From positions 69,119,362 to 69,183,361 of the forward strand of contig JASCQW010000109.1 in the NCBI GenBank assembly GCA_030264375.1: 64,000 bases of DNA, read 5' to 3'. Shown here one piece after another: positions 39,400-52,983 of the stretch (position 1 is its first letter; each line of letters starts with the position of its first letter). The stretch comes from Carcharhinus longimanus. Its lineage: Eukaryota. Below the pieces are notes generated by a model. That model saw only the letters and a program-made list of their open reading frames with translations. It had not been told where the DNA came from and did no database searches. The position numbers were made by a program, and so were the translations under genes.

Positions 39400-40890
39400 C
39401 TTCCCACAGATTTTGTTGCTATCTAGTCCAGTTGCATTTCTTCATGTTGGCTTTCAGGACATCCTTGAAGTGTTTCTTCTGTCTCATACATTTACCCTGA
39501 GTTGAGCGAAGAAGATCTTCGTACCTGACACCAAAGTATATGACCAGATCCAAATGAAGCAGATGGAGCATTTTCATAGCCTTGATGCTTTGGGTGTCTA
39601 CATGTGAGAGGACACCTATGTTGGTACATCTATCCTCTCAAAAAACGTGTAACATTTTCTGCAGACATCATCGGCGGTGAGGCACCAATGCTTTGAAGTG
39701 CCTCCTATTTGCTGTACAGGGTGTCCATGTTTTAACCCTGTACTGTATTGAATGGACCACGACCACGTGATAGAGCGTAAGCTTGTTTTAAGGTGTTCTG
39801 ATCTTCACTCACTTCCTCCGATGGTGAAATGTTGTGCCAGAAGAAATCAGATGACGGTGGATTTCTTCATCAATGTTAGCCTTCCATGGAAGATAACCTC
39901 CAAGGTCCTGGAAGTACTTTATATTTTCCAGGTACTAATCATGAGTCTTAATCAATAGAGTTGTGGCTTGTGCACTTGGAGCTCACTAATAAGTGAATTT
40001 GTCATCAGAATGCTGATTGGACATCTCACCTTCTTGGATACCTGAATGACGCTTGCTTTTTACATCCTTCTGCTGAAGCAGTTGATGAAAACATTGGTTG
40101 CCTTTTGCACAGCACCTCCAAATACCATTCTCAGTAATGATAAACATAGCAGTGCATAGATTGTGATCTTGCCATAGTGTAGAGGCTTGGCCACTTCAAT
40201 GGTCCTATGAGCAAACCGTAGTGAACTTCTTGCTCTTGTTATGACCACCATGAGAGCAAGGTTTTGGGGGAGGTGCCACACAATGTTCAGTTCAATGGCA
40301 ACATAGGTGAAGGAAGATTGAGCTTCTCATTGGCTGGTATTGTGGAATAAGTTTGCAACGGCAAAGTGGTCTGAGTCATTGTGACTCAACACATCACCAA
40401 AGTTTGGCACATCATNNNNNNNNNNCATCATGATCCTCTATACAGTCATGGTAAGTTCTACCTTCTCGTATGCCTCAGGAACGCTTCCTTTTAACTCCAA
40501 GTTCCTCACAATAAACAGAGTCGCACGGAGACTTCTACCACGATCCCATTCCAAAGTTCTATTGCAGTGGGAAATTGACAATGGTAAAAGGACAGTGAAC
40601 CTGGGAGTCGACAGTCAAGAATCTTCACACAGGTGACAGATGCATGGAGGTTATTGGACACCAGTGTCGGGTCATAAGTGAAGCTGGACGGCAGCATCTT
40701 GGCTGAGCAGTCCCTTTTCAGGATAAGATTTGCTGACTCCAAAAGGGGAGGAAGCTTTTCTTGACAAAAAAGTAGGCTTTCCCACTTTCTTCTGGATGCA
40801 CCAGAGTCTTCCGCACTACGAGCATCTCCCAATCTCTTGAATTCTTCACGCAGTAGAGTCAGCCTTTCCGTCGGCATAGAGATCCAACAC
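39400..40890 (-). mobile_element. Decayed RTE-like LINE (endonuclease start near 40880, RT 3' part near 39400-39900)
   Basis: Minus-strand 'PTERLTLLREEFKRLG' resembles the RTE endonuclease N-terminus. 'RQKKHFKDVLKANMKKCN' (~39440-39490) resembles the RTE C-terminus. Confidence 0.6.
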
Positions 40891-41453
40891 TAAATCAGCC
40901 TCAAACAAAACCTGAAAAATGCTGAAAAATCTCAACAGATCTGCCAGCATCTGTGGATAGAGAATATAACCAACGTTTCAACTCTGAACGACCCTCTGTC
41001 AGAGCTGATTTGCTTTTAATTTTGACTGCAGAAGCTACCCAATAATGCAAACAGTCTAGCTTTTGTGCCAAGTTATTGTTTTATTTCGAGTATGTCTATC
41101 AGATATTCAGAAATCGCAATGTTCTCCTTAAGTTTCACAACAAGAGCCACTGACCAGAAAGGAAAAATGTGGTATTTTGATATGCCTGAAGATAATTTGC
41201 GTAGGAAGTAATAATTAGTGGTCAGTGTTAGGGAAGTTTCCTGATCATGGTTGCAGAGATGTAGGTGTCAGCATGGTTTTCAAGTAGTCATTGGTATTTT
41301 AAAATTGGACGTCTTCTCTGCAAGAAGCCACAGTTTGGAGTGAAGCCTCCGTGTGTCACTCGAAGTAAGAACCCATGGCAAAGGAAACTGAGGTAAAAAA
41401 AAACTTTGTGAAACTGCTCAACAATTAGTGGAGGGACAACAACTTCGAAAAGG

Positions 41454-41802
41454 GGGAGGTGATAGCCTTGTGGTATTATGGCTAGATTATTCATCCAGAA
41501 ATCCAGGTACCATTCTAGGACCTGGATTGGAATTCCACTATGGCAGGTAGTGGAATTTGAATTCAATATAAAATACCTAGAATCCAGTGATGATCATAGA
41601 ACCATTGTGAATTTTCGGGAAAACCCATCTTGTTCATTAATGTCCTTGAGGGGAGGAAATCGACTGCCCTTTCCTGGTCCGGCCTACAAGTGACTCCAGA
41701 GCCATACCAATGTGGTTGACTTTCAACTGGCCTCTAAAGGCAACTAGGGGTGGGCAACAAATGTTTGACAGCCAGCAACACAAATAACTCATGAATGAAT
41801 AT
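41454..41802 (+). mobile_element. tRNA-derived SINE, family B, full length
   Basis: Head gggaggtgatagccttgtggtattatggctagatt, core ggaatttgaattcaat...gtgactccagagcc...tgtggttgact, tail atgaatgaat. Confidence 0.75.
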
Positions 41803-41859
41803 TGTGACTGTGAACTTTTGTCTGGCAAAAGGTGGGCTGAGGACGGTATGCACGGGGAG

Positions 41860-42720
41860 AGTTCAAAGTTTGTGGCGACACCAAACTTGGAAGTATTTTA
41901 AATTGTGACGAGGGCAGTGTAGAACTGCAAAAGGATGTATGCAAGTTGATGGAGAGTGCAGGTGTGTGAGAGATGAAGTTAAATAAGAAGTGTGCGGTGA
42001 TGCATTTTAGTAGGAAGAACATGAGGAGTAATATAAAATATGGGTCAAGATCCTTAAGGTGATCAGGTACACACATTATTGAAAGGGGCAAGAGTATGTG
42101 CATGCATCATTGAAGGTAGCAAGTAAGTTGAAAAGAGCAGTTAATGAAACATATAATATCCTAAGTTTTATTAATAGGGACACAGAGTATAGGAACAGCA
42201 GGTTATGCTGAACTTATTCATGGCACTAGTTAGGCCTTAGTTGGCACATTATGTACATATCTGTGCTCCTCGTTATATGAATTATGCGAACGTATTGGAG
42301 AGAGTGAAGAAGAGGTTTGTTTGCAAGAATGTTCCAGGCATAAGAAACTTTAATTATCAGAATAGATATGACGGGTTGGAACTGTTTTCCTTGTAGTGGA
42401 GAAGGCTAAGAGGAAATTTGATGGAGATTTTCAAATTCATAAGCGGGCTGAACAAAATTGACAGGGAAAATTGTTCTCACTTGTAAAAGGATCAAGATCG
42501 AGAAAATACAGGTTTAAAGTGATTTGCAAAAGAAGCAAATGTGATGTGAGAAAACAAAAACTTTTTTCACACAACGGGTGGTCCGAACCTGGAATGCATT
42601 GCCTGGAATTAGATTGCAAGCAGGTTCAATTATGGCTGTCAAGAGGGCATTCGATGATGATTGGAATAGAAGCTATGTGCAGGCGTATGGGGAAAAGATA
42701 GGAGACTGTCACTAAGTCAG
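41860..42720 (+). mobile_element. CR1-like LINE RT 3' fragment
   Basis: Starts at an (F)ADDTK-like block (aagtttgtggcgacaccaaacttgg) and continues through the typical CR1 3' region. Confidence 0.7.
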
Positions 42721-43320
42721 AACGTAGGTGACCCGTGTATACACCAGCTCATCCGGTTCCCTCATGCTGTGATGAAGCATTGCCAAGCACTGTGCCACTG
42801 TACGGACTTTTTTTTTTGTTTCACTTTTCCTTTGTTTTCAGTCAACAGTGCACCTTCTCTTGCCACATCTTCATTCCCTTTGGCCCTGAAAGACGAACTC
42901 TTCTGTTTTTTTCAATCTGCCTGTCTTCGTTTTGTCCTTCTCCGATCCACCCCTTGTTCAGAATCTTTCCTAACTCCTCTCAGTTCTGAAGAAAGTTCAC
43001 AGGCTTCCTCGCTCCATAGATCCTGCCAGATTAGCAGAGTATTGGCAGCATTTCCACAGTGTACGACTAGCTAGCTTGAAAATTAAAATAAACACATGTA
43101 GCCTGTACAAAGCTTTTTATTTGGGGCCAAAAATGTGTTGTGTTATGTTAATAATGGACACAGCAAATGTAACAGATCATTTACTTGGTATCACTAAAAC
43201 AAACCAGTTATTATCAATACCTGATTTTTATGCTAGGTGCTCTCCTAAATTAATTTAATTATGACAAGACAGTTGAGATTTTCACAAATTACCCGAAGCC
43301 TAGCTTTAATATGATCTCAG

Positions 43321-43399
43321 TGTAGTTATAGGCAAAGACTCTTTGTGTCGCTGTCTACCAATAAGGGAAAGAAATTCAGCTGGAGATCCACCACCCAGC
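43321..43399 (+). promoter_or_regulatory. Pcdh promoter module (CSE, CCAAT, CACCC box)
   Basis: TGTGTCGCTGTCTACCAAT at 43344-43362. Nearly identical to 47689-47767. Confidence 0.9.
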
Positions 43400-43559
43400 C
43401 CCCAACGCTGAGAGATGAAAACAGGCAGATAACTGCCGTTCACATGAAAACACCGAGCTATCTGCTCAGAAGGTTTGAAGGTCTCCTCGCTTGTCAACGT
43501 ATCTCCTGCATTATCTGATTTACTTGCGATGGAATAACTGATAATACCGGACGCAAGAA

Positions 43560-43972
43560 ATGATGAAGACGGTAAAACACATTCCTGCAAAGGACATAAC
43601 GCTTACAGAGGGTTTTTTGATGAGAAAGACAGCCTCCATTTTGTTGCTTTGCGCCTGGAGCCTGGTTTCGGGGCAGGTTCGTTACTCCATTCCAGAAGAA
43701 TTAGAGTACGGTGCTTTGGTAGGAACAATCGCCAAAGACCTGGCATTAAATTCAGATGAGCTTTCAACTCGCAGATTCAGGTTCGTTCCCAAATCACCAT
43801 TACAATATTTTGATGTAAACCTCCAGAATGGAATATTATTTGTGAATACAAGAATAGACAGGGAAGCACTCTGCGGACAGAGTCTTACCTGCTTCCTGCC
43901 TTTGGAACTCGAGATTGATGATCCTGTGGAACAGTACGATATCGAGGTCGAGATTGTGGATATAAACGATAA
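43560..43972 (+). CDS. Protocadherin variable exon, 5' fragment (signal peptide and EC1), cut by an assembly gap; start is ATG 43560/43563 or 43620
   Basis: MRKTASILLLCAWSLVSGQVRYSIPEELEYG...CGQSLTC...EIVDIND is open up to the N run. About 10 differences in ~320 bp versus 48021-48340. Confidence 0.9.
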
Positions 43973-44072
43973 NNNNNNNNNNNNNNNNNNNNNNNNNNNN
44001 NNNNNNNNNNNNNNNNNNNNNNNNNNNNNNNNNNNNNNNNNNNNNNNNNNNNNNNNNNNNNNNNNNNNNNNN

Positions 44073-44335
44073 AGACAAATGGTGAAATTGAATTCAGTAA
44101 ACACCTGCAATTAAAAAGTTTAATGATGACCATGAAACGATTGCCGTAAAAAAAAACACATCGGGTTCACCTTTAGTGAAACAAATCTGCCGCCTTAATC
44201 TGGTCTGGCGTACATGTGACTCCGCAGCCACAGAAATGTGGTTGACTCTTAAATGCCTCTCTGAAATGGAGAGCTGTTTGGGATGGGCAATAAATGTTGG
44301 CCCAGCCAGTGACGCCCACATCGCATGAATGAATA
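44073..44335 (+). mobile_element. tRNA-derived SINE, family B, 5' end cut by the gap
   Basis: Aligns to 41540-41800 (aatggtgaaattgaattcagt...gtgactccgcagcc...gggcaataaatgttggcccagccagtgacgcccacatcgcatgaatgaat). Confidence 0.8.
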
Positions 44336-44906
44336 CAAAGAAACACTGAACAAGCGCTAGTGACCTTCTTGAAGCCAGACCCCCAAGCGTTCAGGCAGTA
44401 GCCCTGATAAAACCATATGCTGGCCTGGATATTTTACCCGGATAGCCGAAGACCCCTTTGACGTGGAATAACATCGACATTAATGACTGAGAGGAACTTG
44501 CTATTAAAAGTTTAAAAGATCGACTATTTATCCATCGAGCGTATGATGCTTTAAATCCAAAATCCTCAACAGGCAGAATGGTAGCAGAGAAGGAACAAAA
44601 GATAAACAAATTCTGCATTCCGTCTCCCGCTACCATGAAATCCTGCCCATGTGTCCGAAACTCTTTGGTCCGGAATCAATATATTTAGTTATATCCAGAC
44701 CATGGCAAAAACGCGCGATCATGTGCGGACATCATCCTGAAATTGAGGGGCGGTCTACAAGATTCGCAAGAAGCTACTTGACTTTTCATTTTGACAGTAA
44801 AAGCTGCCCCATAATACAGACATGCCTTCTGTGCAAACTTCTGATTTAGTTGCAGAAAATCTAATGGGTATCACACAAAAAAATCACAAGAAGGCATTAG
44901 ATGATT

Positions 44907-45235
44907 GGCGGCACAGTGGCAGATTGGTTAGCGATGCTGCCTTAGAGCTCCAGGGATCTGGGTTCGATTCGTGGCTTGGGTCACTGTCTATGTGGAGTCT
45001 GCACATTTTCGCCGTATCTGCTTGGGTTTCCTCCGGGTGCTCCGGTTTCCTCCCACAGTCAAAATGTGTGCGGGTTAGGTTGGCAGGCAGTGCTAAATTG
45101 GCTATAGTGTCAGGAGTATTAGCAGGGTAAATATGTGGGGTTACGGGGATAGGACCTGGGTGGGATTGTGATCAGTGCAGACTCGATGGGCCGAATGGCC
45201 TCCTTCTGCACTGTCGGAGTTTTGTGATTCTATGA
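44907..45235 (+). mobile_element. HE1/V-SINE-like SINE, full length with a CR1-derived tail
   Basis: tRNA-like head (ggttagcgatgctgcc...gggttcgattc), core gggtttcctccgggtgctccggtttcctcccacagtc, tail gcagactcgatgggccgaatggcctccttctgcactgt. Confidence 0.85.
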
Positions 45236-45514
45236 TTATTCAAATAGAAACAATGTTCAGGGGTACGGGAAAAACACGGAAATGACTTTAAGTTATACCG
45301 TAGGTGAATCGGTGGACACATGATGGTCGAATGACCTCCATCTGCACTGTCACAACTCTGTAAGGGCAAGATTTCAAAGATCGCGAGGGTGCCCTACCAT
45401 CCTTTCAGGTAATGAGTTCCAGATTCCCACCCTCCTCTGGATGAAAACGTTTTTCCTCTAATCCCCTCTAAATCCCCTGCCCCTTATCTTAAATCTATGC
45501 TTGCTAATTACTAA

Positions 45515-45810
45515 AAGTTTATTTATTAGCGTTAAAAGCTTACGTTGATACTGCAATGAAGTTGGTGTGAAAATTCCCGAGTCACCATGCTCCGTTGCCT
45601 GTTTGGGTGCACAGAGGAAGAATTTAGCATAGCCTATGCACCTAACCAGCATATCTTTTGGACTGTGGGAGGAAACTGGAACGTCCGAAGGAAACCCACG
45701 CAGACACAGGGAGAACGTGTAGAGTCCACACAGCCAGTGACCCAAGCCAAGAATCGAACTTGGGTTCCTAACATTGTGAGACAACAGTGCTAACCACAGT
45801 GCCACCATGT
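45515..45810 (-). mobile_element. HE1/V-SINE-like SINE with an alternative tail
   Basis: Reverse-complement head 'gcacag/gtggcactgtggttagcactg' and core 'ggactgtgggaggaaactgga'. Confidence 0.8.
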
Positions 45811-46391
45811 CACCCCCTCTACTGAGGGGAAAATTTCCCTCCTATCCATCCTTTGTATTGTTTTATACACTTCACTCAGGTCCTCTTTCAGCCTTCTCTG
45901 CTGCAAGGAAAATAATAACAGCCTCTCGAGCTATAACGCTCAAATCCAGGCACCACCCTGGTGAATCTCCTCTGCACCTGATCTAGTGCAGCCACTACCT
46001 TCCTATATTGGGCAACCAGAACCGTATACTGAACTCCAGCACTTTATACAGCTGTATCATATTCTCGTTTAGTAAAGACAAGTATCCCACGTGCCTTCTT
46101 TACCACCATATCTCCTTGTTCTGCTGTCTTCGGGGATCAATGGACATGCGCCTCAAGCTCTGTCTGGTCCTTTGTACTTCCTCGGGCCCGATGTTTCATT
46201 GTATATTCTTTTGCCTTGTTAAGCCACCCAAAATTCTTAACCTCATGCTTTTCAGCCTAAAATTCTATTTGCCACTTTTCTGCCTTGCAGCCAGTCCATC
46301 TTTACTGTCCTGTAATCTGAAACTAAGCTTCTCACTATTTAGCACAAAACTTTGCATCAGCTGTGAGCTTACTTGTCACACCTGCTACACT

Positions 46392-46730
46392 CATAGAATA
46401 GGATCCCTATAATGCAGAAGGAGGCCATTCGGCCCATCAAGTCTGCAAAGACTCTTTAACAGAGGATCTTACACACGCCCTATCCCCATAACCCCACATA
46501 TTTACTTGTTAATCTTCCTAAATTACACAACTTGGGACAATATGGGACGATTTAGCATAGCCAATCTACCTAACCTTTGCTCTGTGGGAGGAAACTGGAG
46601 CACCTGGAGGAAACCGTCGAAGATACACGGAGTACATGCAAACTTTACACAGTCTCTCAACCTTGGAATTGAACCTGAGCCCCTGGAGCTGTGAGGCCGC
46701 AGTGCTAACCACTGTACCACCATGCTGCCC
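46392..46730 (-). mobile_element. HE1/V-SINE-like SINE inserted in a minus-strand CR1 fragment (45370-47040)
   Basis: gggcagcatggtggtacagtggttagcactgcggcctcacagctccagggg on the minus strand. The flanks translate as CR1 RT ('QGSVLDPLLFVMYINDLD'). Confidence 0.8.
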
Positions 46731-47688
46731 ACTTTTCCACTGAGCTGCTGACATCCAGGTCATTAATGTACATTACAAACAATAAGGGATCCAGCACTGA
46801 TCCCTGCAGAGCACCACTGGACCCTGGCCTCCAGTCACAAAAACAATCTTCAACCATCGCACTCTGCCTCTTGCCATGAAGCCAATTTTGGATCCAGTTA
46901 ATCAAATTGCTCTGGATCCCATGTGGGACCTTGTCAAGACTCCTCCTGAAGTCCACGTCGGCTACATCAAGTACACTACCGTTACCTAGACGCCAAGTCA
47001 CCTCCGTGAAAAATCCAGTAGAATTTGGAAGAAACGAAATCACTTTCAGCAATTTCAAAACATATCTCTGTGAGCATTTGGTTTACTTTTATCTTCCTGT
47101 TTCACATTTTTTTCCCTTTTTAAAATCAAAAGCACACCTGCTCTAAGTGCATACTTTGTTTCTTTCTTTGTCGTGTCTATATCACTTTGGCGTTGGAAGC
47201 TGTCTTTTTAATCTCTTCTGCCTTCCTTTTGTACTTATCCCACCCATTTCTTGCTCAGAGCCCATTTACCTAACTTTTCCCAGTTCTGAAAGAAGGCACA
47301 GGCCTGAAATTAAACTCTGTTTCACACTTTGCAGATGCTGCCAGATCAGCAGAGTATTTGCAGCATTTCCACACATTACGACTGTTTGGCTTAAAAACAA
47401 AATAACACAAAACACGGGCATGGCCTTTTGTATGGCCGCAAAAATATGCTGTATTGTCTTAAAAATGTATACTGCAAATGCAATAGTTAATTTACTTGTT
47501 AACAATAAAAAGAATCATATCACCAACACATGATTTTTCTGCTAGGTGCTCTCCTAAATTTATTCAATTACGCTTATTTATTAATGTCACAAGTAGGCTT
47601 GCATTAACACTGCGGTGAAGGTACTGTGAACATCAGAAAGTTGAGATTTTCACAAATTACCTGATGCCTAGCTTTAATATGACCTCAG

Positions 47689-47767
47689 TGTAGTTATAGG
47701 CAAAGACTCTTTGTGTCGCTGTCTACCAATAAGGGAAATAAATTTAGCTGGAGATCCACCACCCAGC
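47689..47767 (+). promoter_or_regulatory. Pcdh promoter module (CSE, CCAAT, CACCC box)
   Basis: TGTGTCGCTGTCTACCAAT at 47712-47730. Confidence 0.9.
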
Positions 47768-47930
47768 CCCCAACACTCAGGGATGAAAGCAGGCAGGTTA
47801 TTGCCGTTCAAATGAATATACCGAGCTATCTGCTGAGAAGGTCTGAAGGTCTCCTTGCTTGTCAACGTATCTGCTGCATCATCTGACTTTCTTGTGACGG
47901 AATAACTGATAATACCAGACACAAGAAACG

Positions 47931-50438
47931 ATGAGGATCGCAAAACACATCCCCGGAAAGGATTTAACACGTACAGAGTGTTTCTTGATGAGAAACACGG
48001 CGTCCATTTTGCTGTTATGTGCCTGGAGCCTGGTTTCGGGGCAGATTCGTTATTCCATTCCAGAAGAATTGGAGTACGGTGCTTTGGTTGGAACAATCGC
48101 CAAAGACCTGGCATTAAATTCAGATGAGCTTTCAACTCGCAGATTCAGGTTCGTTTCCAAATCGCCATTACAATATTTTGATGTAAACCTCCAGAATGGA
48201 ATATTATTTGTGAATAAAAGAATAGACAGGGAAACACTCTGCGGACAGAGTCTTACCTGTTTTCTGCCTTTGGAACTCGAGATTGATGATCCTGTGGAAC
48301 AGTACGATATCGAGGTCGAGATTGTGGATATAAACGATAACTCCCCCAGTTTCTCCAACAGAGAAATCCGTTTGGAAATTGCGGAATCGGCCACACCTGG
48401 AACCCGGTTTATTCTGGAGGCCGCACAGGATCCTGATGTTGGAAGTAATTCTGTCCAAATTTACCAACTCGCTCCAAATGAACACTTCGTCTTAGATGTA
48501 CAGACTCTTGGAAAATGGAAAATCCCTAAACTGGTGTTGGAGAAACCTCTTGACCGCGAGAAAGAATCGTCACAACATTTGTTGCTCACTGCTGTTGATG
48601 GCGGAATACCCGAGAGGTCAGGAATTGCTGAGGTAACCATCATTATCCTCGATAATAATGATAATGCGCCAATTTTCCAACAGTCCTTGTACGTTGCTAG
48701 TTTAAGGGAAGATGTTCCACTCGGTACTTTAGTGGCAAAACTGAACGCGACTGATTTGGATGATGGGCCCAATGGGGATATTGTTTATTCTTTAAGTAGC
48801 TACAGCGAGGAAAAAATACCGGAAGTATTTAGAATTAATGAAAATTCCGGTGAAATCAGCGTAAAGGGAAATTTGGATTTTGAAGAAATACATCTTTATG
48901 AATTTCACGTGGAAGCTAAGGACAAGGGGACACCATCACTATCTGCACACTGTACTGTTCGGGTGGACATTAAGGACGTTAATGACAATGCGCCGGAATT
49001 GATTTTAAAACCAGTTTCCAATACAATCAGCGAAGATGTTCCAACAGGGACATTGATAGCACTTGTCAGTGTTACAGATAGGGACGCACATAATAACGGC
49101 CGTACAGATTGTCAGATATCCTCACACGTCCCATTTGAGCTAAGCCCATCCTTTAGAAATTCATACAGACTGACCATAAATGGCGTGCTGGATCGGGAAC
49201 GTACCCAGGAATACGCAGTGACTGTGACATGTAAAGACAAGGGAAGTCCTCCGCTATCCACAAACAAAACCATGATTGTACAGATTTCAGACGTAAATGA
49301 CAACGGACCCAGCTTTGTACAGTCTTCACACACAGTGTATGTGGCCGAGAACAACTCACCTGGAAATTCAATTGGATCAGTAACCGCTTTCGACCCAGAC
49401 ACTGAACAAAATTCCCAGATATCCTATAGAATTCAGGAAAGTGATGTCCAGGGAGCTCCAGTGTCTTCATACGTTTCAATCAACTCCAAAAATGGCATTA
49501 TCTATTCGCAGCGCTCCTTTGATTACGAGAAGATTAAAAGCTTTAAGATCCGAGTTCAAGCTCAAGATGTGGGCTTGCCATTGCTTACTGGGAACATCAC
49601 CGTCAATGTGATTATTCTTGATCAGAATGACAACTTTCCTGTCATTACAACACCTAGCGCAGTGAACCACAGTAAGACGGCTGTGCCTCGATCTGCAGAT
49701 CCAGGATCTTTAATAATGAAAGTGATTGCTTCTGATGCTGATACTGGACAGAATGCACGACTGTCCTATCAAATCCTGCAAGCCACTGACCCAGGCCTAT
49801 TTACAGTTTCACCAACCTCGGGAGAAATAAGAAGCGTTCGCCGATTTAAAGATAGTGACGCCGCCACACAAAGACTCGTCATCCAGGTAAAGGACAATGG
49901 ACACCCGCCTCTCTCCGCCAGTACAACGATTGCACTCACTATAATTGAACAGAATGAACAAATTCAGTCAGAGGTACAGCATGCTCACCGAAATGTGCAA
50001 CAATCTTCCGATTTGGCATTTTATATAATAATTTCCTTGGGAATAATATCTTTCTTACTTCTTATTGTAATAATTGTCCTTGTTATTGTCATTTGCCCAA
50101 GCGAAAGACCATCTGGCCGCACTGGGAATTGTCTTCTTACCAATTGTTGCTGTGCCAGAGAATTAGAGGCCAAAGCGAGAGGGCAGAATTCGCATGTCAA
50201 CCTTCAGGTTGTGCCAGACTCCACGTTAATTCCGAACATCCTTGAGGTTCGAGGAAATGGTTCTCTTTCAGAGCCATACCGTTACAAAATTCGATCAGCA
50301 CAAGAGGCAGCCAAGATGGAATTGATGTATTTCGCTCCAGTGAATCCAACAAGTGGATCTTCTAGGAAGAATAACAGAACATGCGCGTCAGGGCAATCTG
50401 AAAGCTTAACGAAAAACTGGCCATATTTTTCTGGTGAA
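47931..50438 (+). CDS. Clustered protocadherin variable exon (start ATG 47931 or 47988); possibly an assembly chimera of two paralogues
   Basis: 861-aa ORF with signal peptide, six cadherin repeats, TM 'FYIIISLGIISFLLLIVIIVLVIVIC' and 'LTNCCCAR'. Phase-0 donor GAA|GTGAGT at 50439. Confidence 0.95.
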
Positions 50439-50724
50439 GTGAGTATCACACGTTTCAGTAAAGAAAAAAAATGGAGGATGACAGCTTGTGGACCAGCACC
50501 TGGAAGAAACAGATAACCTAAAGTCCGGGTGCTGATCCAGCTGTTATGGACTTCCAACAATTTCTATTTTTGTCCCGCTTTGATTTTATCAAACCTCTCA
50601 ATGTATTGTTTCGTACTACATTGCAATTGAACAAATCTGATCCAGTTTATATTAGCCAAAAGCAGTCCACTAACATTGTTTAATTTCCTCCGGAATGTGT
50701 GTAGTATCAAATGTTAGGTTGTAA

Positions 50725-52922
50725 TCATAGAATCAAACAATGGAAAAGAGGTCCTTCGGCTTATTGTCTGCACATCGACACGAGAGGAACATCTTAATGA
50801 TCTGCAAAATCTCATTTAATAGTACCTGACCTATAGCCTTGAATGTTATGGTGTGCCAAGTGGTCATCCATGTACTTTTTGAAGGATGCAGCCAAATCAC
50901 TCCAACACCCTCCCAGGCACGCATTCCAGACTAGCACTACCCTCTGGTTGAGCAAAGTTTTTCCTCACATTCCTCCTAAACCCTTTCCCCTCACACTGAA
51001 GTTGTGTCCCCTCGTGACTGACCTTTCAACTAATGCAAACATCTACTTCCTTTCCACTCTCACCATGTCTCTCATAATCCTGTACTCATCAATTAGGTTG
51101 TTTGTCAGTCTTCTCTGCTCCAAAAAAATACAATCCATGTCTATCCAACTCTCTTCATAACCTCAATGTTCCATCCCAGACAATAACCCGGTAAACTTCC
51201 TCTGCACCATTTCCAATACAATCACATCCTTCCTATAATGTGGCGACCAGAACTACATACAGAACTCCAGCTGTGGCCGCAACAAAGTTCTACACACCTC
51301 CACCATGATCTCCCTGCTTTTGTAATCTATGCCTCGACTCATGGAGGCAAATGCCCCATGTGCTTTTTCACCACCCCATGAATACGCCCTTCTAACTTTA
51401 GAGATCAACGGCCAATCATGCCAAGGTCCCTTTGTTCCTCAATACTTCCTAATGTCATGCCGTTCATTCAATTCTTCCTTGTCAAATTACTCATTCCAAA
51501 GTGTATTACCTCACTCTTTTCAGGGTTAATTTCCATCTGTCATTGTTCTCCCATCTGAACAGCTATCCGTGTCTTCCTATAACCCAAGGCACTCAACCTC
51601 ACTGTTAACCACCCATCAGATCCCTGTGTCATACATGAACTTGCTAATCATCCTGCCCTTGTAGGAAACTATGTTGTTCATAAATGACGAGTAATAAGGG
51701 ACACAGCACAGATCCCCCTTGTGGTATGCCACTGGACATTGGCTTCCAGTCAAAAGAGCATCCCTTTGCCATTACTTTTTCTCTCTGAAAGCTAAGCCAA
51801 TTTTGCACCTATCTTATCAAATTACCCTGCATTTCCATGTGCATTTGCTTTCGCAGAATCATGGAATCCCTACGGTGCAAAAGAAGGCCTCTTTGTAAGT
51901 CTCCCATGTTAGACCTTGCCAAGGGCTTCGTTGGAATCCATAGAGACTAGATGAACCGAAATGCCCTCTTCTACCCACCTGGTCACCTCCTCAAAAGAAT
52001 TGTCTCATTGACAAAGCCATGCTGACTACCCCTGACTAAACCTTCTTCTCTAAGTGGAGATAGATTTTCTCCTTCAGAATTTTGCCAGTAGTTTCCCTGC
52101 CAATGACGTGAGGTTCACTAGTCTGTAGTTCCCTGGCTTATTTCTACAAGTTGTGGACCGTGTTAGCTGCTCTGCACTTGGAACTTCCTCCATGGGAAAA
52201 TGAACCTGGAGATTTGTGCACTTTTAAGTCTGTCAACACCTCCAACAACTTGTCACTCCCTATGTCAATTTGCTTAAGAGCTTCGCAGATTCTCTCCCTG
52301 AATTCCATACCTTCATCTCATTCTCTTCTGTCAAGATGGATATAAAGTATTAGTTCAACACTCTACTAATGCCCACTGACTCCACGAATAGATTATCCCC
52401 TTTGACTGTAATGGGCTCTACTCTCCCCCTTGTTATCCTCTTCCCATTGATGTATTTAGAGAATTTCGTTGGATTTTCACCACTTTTGCCAGCCAAAGAT
52501 TGTTTTTATCTTCCCTTTGCTCTCATTGTTTTTTTTTTTAACTCCACCCTGCACTTCCTGTACTCCACTAGTGCCTCCATTTATTTACTCCCCTAGCACC
52601 TGCTCTTGTATCTTGAACATCTCTGGTCATCCACGGTTCTCTGGACTTATTACTCTTTCCTATCAGCCTGAAGGGAACATGTGGGGCCTGGATCCTCTCC
52701 ATTTCCTTTTTGGACGTCCCCCACTGCCCTTGTGTGCATTTCCCCACAGATAGCTGGGTGCAGTCTACCATGGCCATATCTGACTTATTTTAATTAAATC
52801 TGTTTTCCCCCAATTCAAACAGTTTTTGCAACTTGTCCATGATCGTGTCCATAATAATCTTAAATTGTGCCATGTTGTAATCGCTGTCTCTAAAATGTGT
52901 CCAGCTCCCCTCCTCCCCAACA

Positions 52923-52983
<61 letters not shown>

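Noticed and set aside
40965-41010. Further hammerhead-like traces in Penelope-type ends (also ~42980 and ~47283)
   Set aside because: The core CUGANGA or stem II is disrupted, so these are too degenerate to call.
44907-44985. tRNA-like sequences with A/B boxes (also 21582, 41454, 46660-46730)
   Set aside because: These are heads of tRNA-derived SINEs that continue into SINE cores, not tRNA genes.
9634-50438. Assignment of the exons to a named subcluster (alpha/beta/gamma, or the cartilaginous-fish delta/epsilon/mu/nu groups)
   Set aside because: This needs the constant exons or a phylogeny, neither available here, so gene symbols are left blank.
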